Part shown: one piece after another, positions 63,251 to 64,000 of the stretch
How positions within the stretch are numbered: position 1 is the first letter of the stretch
Layout: each line of letters starts with the position of its first letter
Sequence record: NC_019408.1
Length of the DNA stretch: 64,000 nt
Direction: 5' to 3' (one strand)
Made by a program: the position numbers and the translations under genes
The notes under the pieces: generated by a model
Database searches by the model: none
Seen by the model: only the letters and a program-made list of their open reading frames with translations
Told to the model about the DNA's origin: nothing

Positions 63251-63708
63251 CTCAATTTCCCCTCGATCAACTTGAGGCCGGGCTGGTCCCGGTCCATCTG
63301 GTAGACGGTGTAGCGATCGCCGTCGAACTCGACGCTGTAGACCCGGATGCCGGCGTTGAGGCACTGCATCCACATGTCGCGCGTGCCCGGCCCGCCGGGA
63401 AACGCCACGCAGACGTCGGGCTGGCTGGTCTCACGCATGCGGGTGTTGCGCCGCTTGGGCGCATCGTCGCCCTCGCCGTCGAGCGCCGGGTCGACCTTGT
63501 AGACCTCGGTGGCGAACCCCCACTTCGCGGCCCAGGCGCGGCAGAGCCGGTCATAGCCCACCGCGTCGCCGTCGACCCAGATCATGTCGCGCGGCCAGCG
63601 CAGCGCCGAGACCAGGGCGGACAGCACAAGGGTGGGCGCGATCTCGACGACGCCGACCCGGCCGCCGCAGACCACCGCGACGAAAGGACGTTCAGCTTCA
63701 GGCGTCAT
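63247..63708 (-). CDS. DUF2493/YspA-like SLOG family protein
   Basis: VVCGGR, DG.A.G.D.L...WA, A..RRNTRM and VAFPGGPGT.DM. Confidence 0.75.
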   Translation of the reverse strand: MTPEAERPFVAVVCGGRVGVVEIAPTLVLSALVSALRWPRDMIWVDGDAVGYDRLCRAWAAKWGFATEVYKVDPALDGEGDDAPKRRNTRMRETSQPDVCVAFPGGPGTRDMWMQCLNAGIRVYSVEFDGDRYTVYQMDRDQPGLKLIEGKLR

Positions 63709-64000
63709 CGAAGATGTCCGGGTTGAGGATTTCGGGTTCCATGTCGATGAACGAGCCGTCGAGCTTACCCGAGCGCACGCCCGGCGTCGGTGCCTCATAG
63801 CGCGGGTTGAGCAGGTCCATCTCCAGGCGGTGGCGCTGGTATTCGTTATGCGAGTTGTACCTGTACTTGTTGTGGTACATCTTGGACGCGTGTTCCATGG
63901 TCTCCTCGGGCGGCGCGTAGCTGCGCCCCCGCCTGCCGCCGCCGTAGTCGTAGTGCGGGCTGCGGAAGTTGCCGCCGAACTCGCGGTCCGACAACGCCGC
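63698..64000 (-). CDS. Hypothetical protein, 5'-truncated by the window edge
   Basis: The frame is open to the window end. Confidence 0.55.
   Translation of the reverse strand, partial: AALSDREFGGNFRSPHYDYGGGRRGRSYAPPEETMEHASKMYHNKYRYNSHNEYQRHRLEMDLLNPRYEAPTPGVRSGKLDGSFIDMEPEILNPDIFDDA

Overview
64 kb of a high-GC phage genome whose gene content and order fit a phiCbK-like Caulobacter jumbo siphophage (Dolichocephalovirinae); this assignment is an inference from gene content. The window has four parts. (1) 1-18.6 kb, + strand: tail genes (tape measure with an embedded TIGR02594 hydrolase domain, GTA-like DUF2460/DUF2163/NlpC-P60/host-specificity genes, two DUF2793-type fibre genes) and a lysis cassette. 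(2) 19-39.4 kb, - strand: CI-like regulator, dUTPase, RNR (intein in alpha, glutaredoxin fused to beta), ThyX, dNMP kinase, RecD-like helicase, exonucleases, T7-like DNA polymerase and two DNA methyltransferases. (3) 39.4-41.5 kb: a protein-free RNA island with a ~650-nt highly paired RNA candidate, a two-piece permuted tmRNA, three atypical tRNAs and several further structured spacer RNAs. (4) 41.6-64 kb: cadherin-repeat protein, SNF2 helicase, Ogg2-like glycosylase, rIIA/rIIB, tyrosine recombinase, primase, YqeY, ligase and SLOG protein. The main unexplained signals are the RNA island, a second ~300-nt promoter-and-terminator-bounded structured RNA after the lysis genes, and a 17-bp imperfect palindrome (TGTCGTGAATCTTGACA, 14 copies, mostly with a central GANTC) overlapping sigma70-type promoters. 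All RNA pairings and protein family calls were made by eye, without folding software or database searches.
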